Source of the DNA: an uncultured bacterium
GTDB taxonomy: Bacteria; Abyssobacteria; SURF-5
Assembly: GCA_964510165.1 (NCBI GenBank)
Contig: CAZEBC010000048.1
Coordinates: forward strand, 1-23,153
Direction of reading: 5' to 3'
Length of the DNA stretch: 23,153 nucleotides
The notes under the pieces were generated by a model. It was not told the origin of the DNA. It did no database searches and was given only the letters and a program-made list of their open reading frames with translations. Positions 8,823 through 17,544 of this stretch are shown here, piece after piece; the stretch's first letter is position 1, and every line of letters starts with the position of its first letter. A program made the translations under genes and the position numbers.

Positions 8823-8905
8823 GAAATTTCCGTGGCGTTTATGGCCTTTCCCTGTCTGCGCGCCGCGCTCAGGGCCGGACACAGACCGGCATTACGGCAA
8901 CGCTT

Positions 8906-8914
8906 ATTATATCA
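8906..8914 (-). promoter_or_regulatory. internal extended -10 promoter for the 8822->2400 sub-operon
   Basis: Minus strand reads TG-A-TATAAT (perfect extended -10) in the 102-nt gap; no clear -35. Confidence 0.6.
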
Positions 8915-8924
8915 CATCGAGGAA

Positions 8925-9503
8925 TTATATCGGCCCCACGTCCAGACGCCGCTTGTCTACCCGCAGAATGAAGCACACCTCGCCGGCAGGCAGCCAGTGA
9001 CAGAAGAACATGTCATATACAGAGGGAAAGAGGTTGATGATGTGACTTATCCAGTTCAGCGCCTTGAAGCTCGAGAAAACAAACCACCTCTTTTCCATCA
9101 CAAGCGGAAAGCCCGAGCCGTAATTGGTCGAGTTGCGCAAAAGCTTCCATTTCTCATAGATTCTCGGCTTCCCGACGATCTTGGTGTATCCATCAAAGGT
9201 GCGCCAGCCGAACGGTATCTTGTGATCGGGATCGCCGAACCACTTGGATGACGGAAAATAGCTCGCGCATACCCGGATTCTACCGCCTTCCTTCGTTATC
9301 CTCACCAGTTCCATGACAGTCGCATGGAAATTCCTCAGATGAGCAAGAACGTGTTCGCAAACTATCTCGTCAAAAGAGTCCTCCTTGAATGGAAACGGTG
9401 TATGGTTCAGGTCGGCGATGACGTTCACGCCTTCATACCGGATGATGTCCACATTGACGTGACCCTTGTGAACCACGCTGCCGCAGCCCAGGTTAAGCTT
9501 CAT
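8925..9503 (-). CDS. class I SAM-dependent methyltransferase (Methyltransf_11-like, glycan-cluster type)
   Basis: MKLNLGCG motif I, NVD, ADLN..PFPFKEDSFDEI..HVLAH, RITKEGGRI, DPDH; start moved to ATG 9503 (ATGA overlap with YfhO stop). Confidence 0.88.
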   Translation of the reverse strand: MKLNLGCGSVVHKGHVNVDIIRYEGVNVIADLNHTPFPFKEDSFDEIVCEHVLAHLRNFHATVMELVRITKEGGRIRVCASYFPSSKWFGDPDHKIPFGWRTFDGYTKIVGKPRIYEKWKLLRNSTNYGSGFPLVMEKRWFVFSSFKALNWISHIINLFPSVYDMFFCHWLPAGEVCFILRVDKRRLDVGPI

Positions 9504-11890
9504 TGAATCTTGCGCGTCCTCCAAAATGCCGCATTCATTCGCCTCGCGCCCATATAGCCCGCAGCAAAGACAAATGCCAACCATCCCGCGAGCGTAACCA
9601 CGAAGCCCCACACCGCCGGCTCGTACCTAAATAATATCATATGCGCGCCTCCAGGAACCAGAATCGCGCGCATCAAGTAGTTCGCGGGCAGGATTGGCGT
9701 CTCCTCTCCGTCAATAAACGCGCGCCAATCCGCATCCACGAAATCCTGGAGCACCAATGCGGACGGCCGGTCGCCCGAAACCTCAAAGCTGACCCGGTGA
9801 GGCGAGCAAGAGAATTTCGCCAAGCTCCAGACCGGGGCTTCTCCGTCCATCTCGACGAAAACCCTCGGCACAGGCGCCGCCCGCGTAAGGCTCGCATTCC
9901 TGTGCTCTGACTCCTCCAGCAACACGGTTCGTTTCAAATCAAATCCGGGTTTCCCCAAGAGTTCGATGGTATCTTCCCGTTTTGCCGTTCTGATATCGTT
10001 TGTGAGAAAGACCCTCGGAAGGGCGTCGTCGAGTTCATAGATGTACACTTCTTCGGGGGTCTGCGGCGGTCTCAGGACGGCGGCAAGCCTTGCCTGAAAG
10101 CCCCTAGGAAGTCTGGTCGCGGACAATATGTACTTGACATTGAAGAGATGAAAGAGCTTCTCATGCTCCAGTCGGCCCGCCCGCACCGCCTCGAATATCT
10201 CCGAATATCTGCCCGGTCTCCTCGACATGATGGCGTCCATTGTGTCGATGCCGGCGTAGGGGAGGACCTCCGTCACAAGGTATCTCAGGTACGGCGTCTC
10301 GCTCCATAGCTTCACGCGATACGGCCCGGGCTGTGACTGAAGCCATTTCACCGTCTCATCCTCGACGTATCTCTCCCGATAATCGTAATATGAAATGAAC
10401 GGGGACGCATTGGCGATGAGGTCCCCGGCCAGCAGAGCCACGACAAACGCGGGAACAGCCAAAGACGCGCCAGACAGAACCGCCCGCTTCGTCCCCGCTG
10501 CCACAAGGACCGAGGCCACCGCCAGAACCGCAAGCTTGAAGGTTACGACAGAGACGGTCTTCATGTAAGCGCTGCCCGTCACAAGCGGAGTCAAATATGC
10601 AATCACCGCCATGCCGGCGAAGAAGGCCGCTATCCCAATAAATATCCTGCGATTGTCTGATGCGGGCGCCGTTCGCCAGTAATCGGCCCCCATTCCCGCG
10701 AGTATCGAAACGCAAAGACTGGTTATGAAGAGCCACTTGTGCGGGTTGCGAAACCCCTCCATCAATGGGAGGGCATAGATCATGCGGTAAGGCAGAGGAA
10801 AATATCGTCCAAACGAGATCAAGACAGCCGCAACCGCCGCACACGCGAAGAAGTACCGTCGTCTCCCGTTCGACAGAAGGCCCAGGAATGCGAACAGGAG
10901 CCCGACTATGCCAAGGTAGTTGTCCGAGAGCCTCGCGTCTCTCCCCGTCAGCGGACCTTCACCCTGGATATTGCCGCTGAATGCCAGCGTTGGAACCTTT
11001 CTCGGCGAGAACGAAAACTGCGTGGCGAAGTCCCAGTTCTCTTCCTCCGTGTGCACGCCCACGTTCTCCTGACGCTTGGACAGGGAATAATAGCTGCAAA
11101 ACACTTCAGCGGCGAACACGATCCCCACGAAAGCCGCCAGCGCGGCCCAACCCAACCGCTTTGTCGAAACTGCCAGCGCTTCGGGAAGCAGCGAACCGCG
11201 CCGGGCTGACCACAGTCCGTGCGCGGCGTCCCAGACGAAATATGCCGCCGCCAGGAGACATACATAGTACGCGACTTGGATTTCGCCCCCGAGAAACTGA
11301 AGCCCGAGAAAGGCGCCAGCCAGCGCCGAGTTCCTGGCGCGTCGCGGCTCATCATTCAATATCCGGCTGAAGAACAACAAAAACAGCGGTACCCAGCACG
11401 CGGTGTCAAAGACCCAGAGCACGCCCTGCCGCGCGCTTGTCAGCAGGCCATTGCCCAGTTGAAATGAAAGCCCGCCCACCAACGCGCCGAACCTGCTCAC
11501 CTTCCGGTCTCGCAGGAACGCGAACATGAACGCCCCCGCAAGAAAGGTGTCGAGCATGAATTGAAACCCGTGAAACCGCTGGGGAGGCAGGAGCAGCATC
11601 ATCGGCAAGCTGTGTGAAAGAAACTGAAACTGCTGCGGTATTCCCGCAAGAAAGTGAGGAAACCACCTCGGCACAAACAGCCAATTCGTCCATGTCTGAA
11701 CAAACATGGGTACCCAGAGGGAGGAATCGGTTCCATAAATCGTGTTGGCGGGATTCCAGGCACCTCGGAAGACGAATGCGCTCGTGAGCGCATAGAGCAG
11801 GATGCAGGCGGTCGTGAGAAGATGAGCGCGAGTTGCCGCCTCCTCTGATGGGGCGCATCCTACCGCCGCTTCCGTCGCGTTCGACGTCAT
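9500..11890 (-). CDS. YfhO-family GT-C membrane glycosyltransferase
   Basis: Polytopic 796 aa; GTD near N-terminus, WFPHFLAGIP, FRNPHKW, FNVKYIL, ALPRVFL, C-terminal WRAFIDGEETPILPANYLMRAILVPGGAHMILFRYEP followed by a TM helix. Confidence 0.88.
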   Translation of the reverse strand: MTSNATEAAVGCAPSEEAATRAHLLTTACILLYALTSAFVFRGAWNPANTIYGTDSSLWVPMFVQTWTNWLFVPRWFPHFLAGIPQQFQFLSHSLPMMLLLPPQRFHGFQFMLDTFLAGAFMFAFLRDRKVSRFGALVGGLSFQLGNGLLTSARQGVLWVFDTACWVPLFLLFFSRILNDEPRRARNSALAGAFLGLQFLGGEIQVAYYVCLLAAAYFVWDAAHGLWSARRGSLLPEALAVSTKRLGWAALAAFVGIVFAAEVFCSYYSLSKRQENVGVHTEEENWDFATQFSFSPRKVPTLAFSGNIQGEGPLTGRDARLSDNYLGIVGLLFAFLGLLSNGRRRYFFACAAVAAVLISFGRYFPLPYRMIYALPLMEGFRNPHKWLFITSLCVSILAGMGADYWRTAPASDNRRIFIGIAAFFAGMAVIAYLTPLVTGSAYMKTVSVVTFKLAVLAVASVLVAAGTKRAVLSGASLAVPAFVVALLAGDLIANASPFISYYDYRERYVEDETVKWLQSQPGPYRVKLWSETPYLRYLVTEVLPYAGIDTMDAIMSRRPGRYSEIFEAVRAGRLEHEKLFHLFNVKYILSATRLPRGFQARLAAVLRPPQTPEEVYIYELDDALPRVFLTNDIRTAKREDTIELLGKPGFDLKRTVLLEESEHRNASLTRAAPVPRVFVEMDGEAPVWSLAKFSCSPHRVSFEVSGDRPSALVLQDFVDADWRAFIDGEETPILPANYLMRAILVPGGAHMILFRYEPAVWGFVVTLAGWLAFVFAAGYMGARRMNAAFWRTRKIQ

Positions 11891-13080
11891 CCCGCCACCC
11901 TCCAGCGCTCAAGGGTTTGTTCGAACGCGCGGTCAAAGACCAGGTCCCAATCGTACTGTTTCCCGAGAGCGGCAGCCCTGGCACGAAGTTCCGGAAAGGC
12001 GTCCGGCGCAGACAAGAGTCTCGCAAGCGCGGCAGTGAGGTTCTCGACATCCGGCTCGATTGCGATCCCCGCCCCGAAAGCCTCTATCGTCTCCGCAATG
12101 CGCGGGACGCGGCTGATGACAACCGGAACGCCAGCGGCCAGGTATAGCTTCACTTTGCCGGGGTCTGCGTATCGCTTGAATGTCTCGTCGGTCTTCACAT
12201 AAGGCGCCACGCCGACAGCGGCTTCGGACACAAGCTCGGCGACCTTCGCGTCGTCTTCTATGAATCCCATGAATTCAACCGCGTCCGAAACCCTCTTCTC
12301 GGCGGCGAGACGCTTGAGCGCACCCGATTCCACGCCGTCCCCAATCACGCGCAAGCGCGCACCGGGGAATCTTCGCTTAATTGTCGGCAGACATTCTATC
12401 ATCAGGTGCAGGCCTTGCTCGTGCCTGAGACTTCCGAGAAACACGATCAAGTTCGGGTCCGCCTTGTCCGATGGGAGCCGGGGCATTTCGCCATATCTGG
12501 CGCCGAGCGGAACCTCGATCTGCGGCGCGCAACGCCCCGGTTGGATTCCATCCTTAATCCGGGCCTCCTCCATCGCAGCCGATACATTCCAGACCGCGTC
12601 GCTCCCGTAACAGCACCGCCTATCGAGAAACCGATAGAGGCTTTGACCGGCGCGGCTCGAAAACCGGTGAGGCGCATAATCTATCACGTAATAAACCACG
12701 CGCTCGACTGCTCCGAGTCGCCTCAGGATAAGGCCGGTATTCGCATTGAGATTGTCCACCCCAAAATATAACTGGAACCGGACTCCTTTCCGAAGAAGGT
12801 ACCACAACGTGCAAATCACGTCTTTCACAAAGAACACCGGAGAAGGACCCTTCACAAGCGGGGCCAGGATTTCTTCCGTTTGTTTGCCCTTCTCGTAGAC
12901 CGTCACTGCCGTGTTAATCGGTACGCCTCTCGCGTCCGGGAACGGGTGGCTCACATAAACGACCGTTTTGGCGCGCCGCCGCAAGTACCGCAGTAGCTCC
13001 TGCTCCGCTCCTCCTGTCGGAGTATACGTGTGCTTCACTATCGCTATCGCACTGTCCGACAACCAGCCCCGAAGGTCCAT
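11887..13080 (-). CDS. GT4 (GT-B fold) glycosyltransferase
   Basis: IVFLGSL..EQG, LRVIGDG, EFMGFI, GKVKLYLAAGVPVVIS, YDW C-terminus; ATGA overlap with downstream gene. Confidence 0.88.
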   Translation of the reverse strand: MDLRGWLSDSAIAIVKHTYTPTGGAEQELLRYLRRRAKTVVYVSHPFPDARGVPINTAVTVYEKGKQTEEILAPLVKGPSPVFFVKDVICTLWYLLRKGVRFQLYFGVDNLNANTGLILRRLGAVERVVYYVIDYAPHRFSSRAGQSLYRFLDRRCCYGSDAVWNVSAAMEEARIKDGIQPGRCAPQIEVPLGARYGEMPRLPSDKADPNLIVFLGSLRHEQGLHLMIECLPTIKRRFPGARLRVIGDGVESGALKRLAAEKRVSDAVEFMGFIEDDAKVAELVSEAAVGVAPYVKTDETFKRYADPGKVKLYLAAGVPVVISRVPRIAETIEAFGAGIAIEPDVENLTAALARLLSAPDAFPELRARAAALGKQYDWDLVFDRAFEQTLERWRVAG

Positions 13081-13084
13081 CTCG

Positions 13085-14482
13085 TCATCCCGCCGCCCGT
13101 TTCCAAATGCTCAGGAACGACCTCAGCCCCATCAGGTTCGCCTTCACATCCTGCCATGTGCGAATCCGGGCAAGCCGTTTCAAAATGTAACGAGGCCTGA
13201 GGTAAAAACCGCATACCGCTATCCTGTGATATTTCTTCACCAGTTCGGGCGGAAGCGAATTATCAGAATACGTCGGCCTGGCGTAATCGAACCGTGCGAG
13301 GTCTTCCTGAACGAACGTTCCGGCGCGCCCCGCCGCCTGCGCCAGCTCCGTCCCCGGCAACGGCATATAGATCGAAAACTCGGCAACGTCTGAATCGAGC
13401 TCGCGCGAGAGCCGAATCGTTTTCTTCATGCTTTCCTCGGTCTCGCCCGGCACGCCCAGCATGTAGTTGGCGATGGTGGATATCCCAACGTCGTGGGTGA
13501 GCCGTATGTTTTCCTTTATCTGTCTTAACGTAAGCCCTTTCTTGAGAACCTCTTTCAATATACGCTCGTCACCCGACTCGATCCCGTATGAAATGACGAG
13601 ACAGCCGGAATCCTTCATCATCTCCAGAACCGGCCGGTTCACCCTGTCCAGCCTGGTGCCGCATATCCATTTAAGGCGCAGCTCCTTGAGCATCGCACAC
13701 AGACCCTCGAGCCAGGCCACATCGAACGTGAGAGTATCGTCGTAGAAGTACACGCCCCTGATGCCGTACTGGGCAATGAGCGCCTCGAGTTCCTTTCGTA
13801 TGTTTGGGATCGAGCGCAGCCTCATTTTGCGGCCGTGCACCAGCTCGGACGCGCAAAACGCGCACCGGTAGGGGCACCCCCGCGAGGCGATGACCGGCAG
13901 CGAAGGCTGAGGCAATGACCACTTGATGCGGTCGTGGCCGGACGCCTTGAAATATGACGCCACATCCACGAGATGTCGCGCTGGAAAAGGCAGTGCGTCG
14001 AGGTCTTGGATAAAACTTGGCGGCGGCCCATGCACAATTCCGTCATGCGTCCTGACGAACACGCCCGGCGCCGTGGCGGCGACCTCGAGTTTCGGATAGG
14101 CCTTCAAGAGATTGACCATCAGAAGCTCGCCCTCGCCCGTCGCCGCGATGTCGGCCTGGGAGTCATTTAACGTTCGTTCGGGAGAGACCGACGGATGGAT
14201 ACCCCCCAGCACAACCCATGAAGTCGGCAGGCGCTCCTTCACCCGACCTGCAATCGCGCGCGCATGTGGATACAGTGGAGTCGTGCAGCTTACCCCTACA
14301 ACCTCAGGTCTCCATCGTTCGATTATCTCATCAAGCTGCGAGCGGGACGGGTCAAACCCCGCGTCATGCACACGGGTTTCGATGCCCGCCTCTTCAAGCG
14401 CGGCAGCCACATAGAGCAGCCCGAGCGGCGGATTCGCCGGGATTTGCGGGTCGGGGTTTACGAGTAAGACCTTGGGTTTCAT
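13085..14482 (-). CDS. cobalamin (B12)-binding radical SAM protein (class B methyltransferase-like)
   Basis: VLLVNP..PPLGLLYVAAAL, VVGVS, VLGGIHPS, GEGE, SRGCPYRCAFC, FYDDT, GIESG, MLGVPGET, PLPGT. Confidence 0.93.
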   Translation of the reverse strand: MKPKVLLVNPDPQIPANPPLGLLYVAAALEEAGIETRVHDAGFDPSRSQLDEIIERWRPEVVGVSCTTPLYPHARAIAGRVKERLPTSWVVLGGIHPSVSPERTLNDSQADIAATGEGELLMVNLLKAYPKLEVAATAPGVFVRTHDGIVHGPPPSFIQDLDALPFPARHLVDVASYFKASGHDRIKWSLPQPSLPVIASRGCPYRCAFCASELVHGRKMRLRSIPNIRKELEALIAQYGIRGVYFYDDTLTFDVAWLEGLCAMLKELRLKWICGTRLDRVNRPVLEMMKDSGCLVISYGIESGDERILKEVLKKGLTLRQIKENIRLTHDVGISTIANYMLGVPGETEESMKKTIRLSRELDSDVAEFSIYMPLPGTELAQAAGRAGTFVQEDLARFDYARPTYSDNSLPPELVKKYHRIAVCGFYLRPRYILKRLARIRTWQDVKANLMGLRSFLSIWKRAAG

Positions 14483-14499
14483 TCACCTATCCGAATCTT

Positions 14500-14606
14500 C
14501 CCCTCACCCCGACCCTCTCCCACTGGGAGAGGGCGCCACGCCCGAAGACGAGAAGGCCGAAGCTGAACCCCAACCCCCTCCAGCTGGGAGAGGGCAGGGT
14601 GAGGGG
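14500..14606. repeat. inverted pair of palindromic intergenic repeats (BoxC-like CCCTCACCC..CCCTCTCCC..GGGAGAGGG element)
   Basis: Copy 1 at 14501-14535 CCCTCACCCCGACCCTCTCCCACTGGGAGAGGGCG; a more degenerate inverted copy at 14574-14606; a third copy at 19041-19075. Confidence 0.8.
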
Positions 14607-14614
14607 TTTCGGTT

Positions 14615-15625
14615 TCACTGATGCCAGTTGGTTCTGTCGAATTCCGACGTCACAAAAAAGGACTTGATCGTGGTTCCCCCATACGTGAGGAGCGTGAGCC
14701 AGCACGCTATCGGATGGATGAACCAGGCCGGGTCATTCTTTCGGGTGTAACCATAAACAGATTGTATCAGCAGTGGGAAAACCAGGAGACAACACACGAT
14801 GAACTTGATGTAGCCCCACCGATATCTCTGATGAGGATACGTGCGCTGGCCAAGCTTTCTGTAATGGAGGAAATCCTTTATCCTGCGTCCTTGCTTCCGG
14901 GCAAACGTCTTCAGGTCGGGGCAGTACAGATGGACGATGCCCTTCTTCACGAAGCCCGCACGGGTGTGTCCCCGGCTCACCAGTTGATGGATCACGTCAA
15001 TATCGAAATAGTATGCGTCGAGCTTGACCTCTTGCACCACGGCCCTGCGGATAAGACATCCGTTGGCGCCCATCGTGGGTATGCAATCCTTGGTGAGGAC
15101 GACCTCGTAGAAATCGCCATGGTCCGTCATCTCGAGAGGAAGCCCCGTCCACTTCCCCGTGAGCGTGCTGAGGCGGTCGTAGTTACCGAGGAAAAGATGG
15201 ATCGGATCGTTCATGCCGATCAGAGAGCAGTACCGGTCAATGACCGAATCGGTCGGACGATACGTCAATTCGTAGCACTCCGAACAGAAAATCTCGGGGT
15301 TCTCGAACGGAAGCACCATCTTCCTGAGCCAATCGGTTCCCTCGAGGATATTGTCGCTGTCTATAAATGCGAGCAGTTCGCCCTTGGCCTCCCGTATTCC
15401 GACCGTCTTGCCCGCCTCGCCCGTCCTGAGGGGGTTCGAGAGCACCTTCGCCACTCCCTCTCTCGATGCGATCGCGAGCGTGTCATCGGTCGAGCCGGCA
15501 TCAACTATTATTATCTCGATCTTTTCGGACGGATATTCCTGCGCCTTTATGCTGTGGAGGCATTCTTCGAGCGAGCGGCAGGAGTTGTAGGTTGGAATGA
15601 CGATGCTTATGGAGGGCGTGTCCAT
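14615..15625 (-). CDS. GT2 glycosyltransferase
   Basis: SISIVIPTYNS, IVDAGSTDDT, AFIDSDN (DxD), C-terminal TM helices; start moved to ATG 15625. Confidence 0.9.
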   Translation of the reverse strand: MDTPSISIVIPTYNSCRSLEECLHSIKAQEYPSEKIEIIIVDAGSTDDTLAIASREGVAKVLSNPLRTGEAGKTVGIREAKGELLAFIDSDNILEGTDWLRKMVLPFENPEIFCSECYELTYRPTDSVIDRYCSLIGMNDPIHLFLGNYDRLSTLTGKWTGLPLEMTDHGDFYEVVLTKDCIPTMGANGCLIRRAVVQEVKLDAYYFDIDVIHQLVSRGHTRAGFVKKGIVHLYCPDLKTFARKQGRRIKDFLHYRKLGQRTYPHQRYRWGYIKFIVCCLLVFPLLIQSVYGYTRKNDPAWFIHPIACWLTLLTYGGTTIKSFFVTSEFDRTNWHQ

Positions 15626-15636
15626 CCCGCGCCCCC

Positions 15637-16692
15637 TTACCTGTCCAGGCGCTTCAGCATCAGCCCCCTGATGAACGCGCAGCCGTACACTATGTGCGTC
15701 GCCATTATGCCCACTGAGCCGAGGATGGCCACGTCCAGACGGCTGGCGGGCATGACCGAAATGAAAGCCACCCCGAAATAACAAGCCAATCCGAGCAGCA
15801 GGATTACGGCAACCAGGTGAGAGAACAAGGACAGGATCGCGCCAAGCGCCAACACAACCACCACAATGCTCGGCAGGAAATAGAATATCCGCCTGGACGT
15901 TTCCGGAAACATCTTCGCGAAATAACCCCGGTGCACGCCCACGTTCGCTATCTGTTTGAGATGGTCGAAGAACAGCGAGCGCCGGTGATGGAAGACGATG
16001 ACCTCGGGCCTGTACAGTATCTTCTTGCCAAGCTTCACAAGCTCAAGACACAACTTGGTATCTTCCCCGCCGTAGAAGTTCGAGGTGAACCCGCCGATGT
16101 GTTTGAGCACCTCAGTTCTTACCATCAGGTTGAAGGCCGGGAAATCGTCCACCTCGCGCGGTTTCCGCTGGATGAACCGATGCAAGGTCTGCCCGCTGCC
16201 GAGCGGCGAGGTGTACACCGCCCCACTTGCCTGCTCGAGCAGACTGTCCTCCGGCGGCGTGATCCCCGGACCACCTACAGCAGCCACCTCGGGATTGTCG
16301 AAAAACGGGACCGCGCTGCGCAGCCAATCGGGCCGGGGATAGGCGTCGTCATCAATAAAGGCGCATATCTCTCCGGTCGCATTCTGGATTCCGAGGTTCC
16401 TCTTCTCTGCCGGGCCGGTCAGTTGCTTGCGCGTGCTGATGATATTTACAAGGCCCGGTTTCTCCTGCCGCTTGAGCTCTGAAAAGTAGGGATTCGTCGC
16501 CGCATTCAGCGTCGGCTCGTCGGCCACAATGAGTATCTCGAAGTTCGGATATTCAAGGTTGCGGATGCTGGAGAAATCCTTGAGAAATCGCGCGCTGCAT
16601 GTGTGCAGCGGTACTATCACCGAGAATTTCGCCACCTCGCCGCCGTGCCTTGCCGCCGACTTCCTCTGACTATCGGTCCTGGTCTCTGTCAT
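15637..16692 (-). CDS. GT2 glycosyltransferase with C-terminal TM helices
   Basis: FSVIVP, GPAEKRNLG..ATGEICAFIDDDAYP, GGF..GEDTKLC, HHRR, three C-terminal hydrophobic segments; start could be slightly downstream. Confidence 0.88.
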   Translation of the reverse strand: MTETRTDSQRKSAARHGGEVAKFSVIVPLHTCSARFLKDFSSIRNLEYPNFEILIVADEPTLNAATNPYFSELKRQEKPGLVNIISTRKQLTGPAEKRNLGIQNATGEICAFIDDDAYPRPDWLRSAVPFFDNPEVAAVGGPGITPPEDSLLEQASGAVYTSPLGSGQTLHRFIQRKPREVDDFPAFNLMVRTEVLKHIGGFTSNFYGGEDTKLCLELVKLGKKILYRPEVIVFHHRRSLFFDHLKQIANVGVHRGYFAKMFPETSRRIFYFLPSIVVVVLALGAILSLFSHLVAVILLLGLACYFGVAFISVMPASRLDVAILGSVGIMATHIVYGCAFIRGLMLKRLDR

Positions 16693-17434
16693 AGTGCCTC
16701 AGTATGTAAAGCCTGTAGAATATGGCCATCGTATCCCACCATGTCGTGTAGATGTCGTTTGGGCGGACCCACCGCTTGATCTTGCGGCCTATGTTGGGCC
16801 GATAATCAACCACCACGGGCGCCTCAGCTATCTTGAACCCGTGTTTATGCGCGAGCACCAGCAGTTCGAGGTCAAACGCGAACTTCTTAACGAGCATCTG
16901 CGGGAACACCTTCTCCAATACCGGCCGCTTGAACAGCTTCAGTCCCGTTTGCGTGTCATGAATCGGCAATCGAAACAACAGCTTCACCAGAAAAAAATAC
17001 ACCGCGCTGACTATCTTGCGATGTGTCGGATAGAACAGCTTGGATTCGGGATGCCGCTTCGAGCCGATCACCACGTCTGCATCCTTCGCGCGCATATAGT
17101 CGAAGAACACCTGCAACTGGCGCGGATGCAGATCGAGGTCGGCGTCAATAAACACCACAAACTCGCCCGTGCTTACCCCGAATCCCTCCCGTAGCGCCCG
17201 TCCCTTTCCGAGGTTGGCGCTGTTCCTCACCAGCTTGATACGACGATTCCCGGCGGCGAATCTGGCGGCCTCCTCATATGTGTTGTCGGAACTCCCGTCG
17301 TCTATTACGATTATCTCGTAATCGCAGCCGCCATCCTGCAATATCTTCAGCGTTTCTCCGATGTTATCGTAAATTCCGCCCCCCTCGTCATGGGCGGGCA
17401 TGAGCACGCTGAGCTTGCCCTTGAGTTTATCCAT
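16670..17434 (-). CDS. GT2 polyprenol-phosphate glycosyltransferase (DPM/DPG-synthase-like)
   Basis: LSVLMPAHDE, IDDGSSDNT, NLGKGRAL, FIDADLDLHP, VIGSKRH, DTQTGLKLF, FAFDLELL; ATG at 17434. Confidence 0.9.
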   Translation of the reverse strand: MDKLKGKLSVLMPAHDEGGGIYDNIGETLKILQDGGCDYEIIVIDDGSSDNTYEEAARFAAGNRRIKLVRNSANLGKGRALREGFGVSTGEFVVFIDADLDLHPRQLQVFFDYMRAKDADVVIGSKRHPESKLFYPTHRKIVSAVYFFLVKLLFRLPIHDTQTGLKLFKRPVLEKVFPQMLVKKFAFDLELLVLAHKHGFKIAEAPVVVDYRPNIGRKIKRWVRPNDIYTTWWDTMAIFYRLYILRHYDRDQDR

Positions 17435-17490
17435 GCCCCCCAACGCCCCCCGGACGCATTCTCAAAGTCGTATCCGCCTCGGGATACACG

Positions 17491-17519
17491 ATTCTATCAC
17501 ACGCACACGCGGAAATCAA
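17491..17519 (-). promoter_or_regulatory. sigma70-type internal promoter for the 17434->8925 block
   Basis: TTGATT (17519-17514), 17-nt spacer ending TG-A, TAGAAT (17496-17491); a GTATCC/GGATAC hairpin follows directly. Confidence 0.65.
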
Positions 17520-17544
17520 AACTAAGCGGTTCATCGCTAGACAC

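Noticed and set aside
4472-14482. Hopanoid biosynthesis cluster (HpnH/HpnJ/HpnP/HpnI-like radical SAM and GT2 genes)
   Set aside because: No squalene-hopene cyclase, hpnCDE or hpnN in the window; the flippase and GT-C context points to glycan assembly, although a lipid substrate is not strictly excluded
14487-14705. 72-aa ORF containing PLTLPSPSWRG
   Set aside because: It is a translation of the palindromic repeat and overlaps the GT2 gene out of frame
4835-15781. Long plus-strand ORFs 4835-5956, 6027-7097 and 14621-15781
   Set aside because: Antisense shadows of well-supported minus-strand genes, with no recognisable motifs; expected in high-GC DNA
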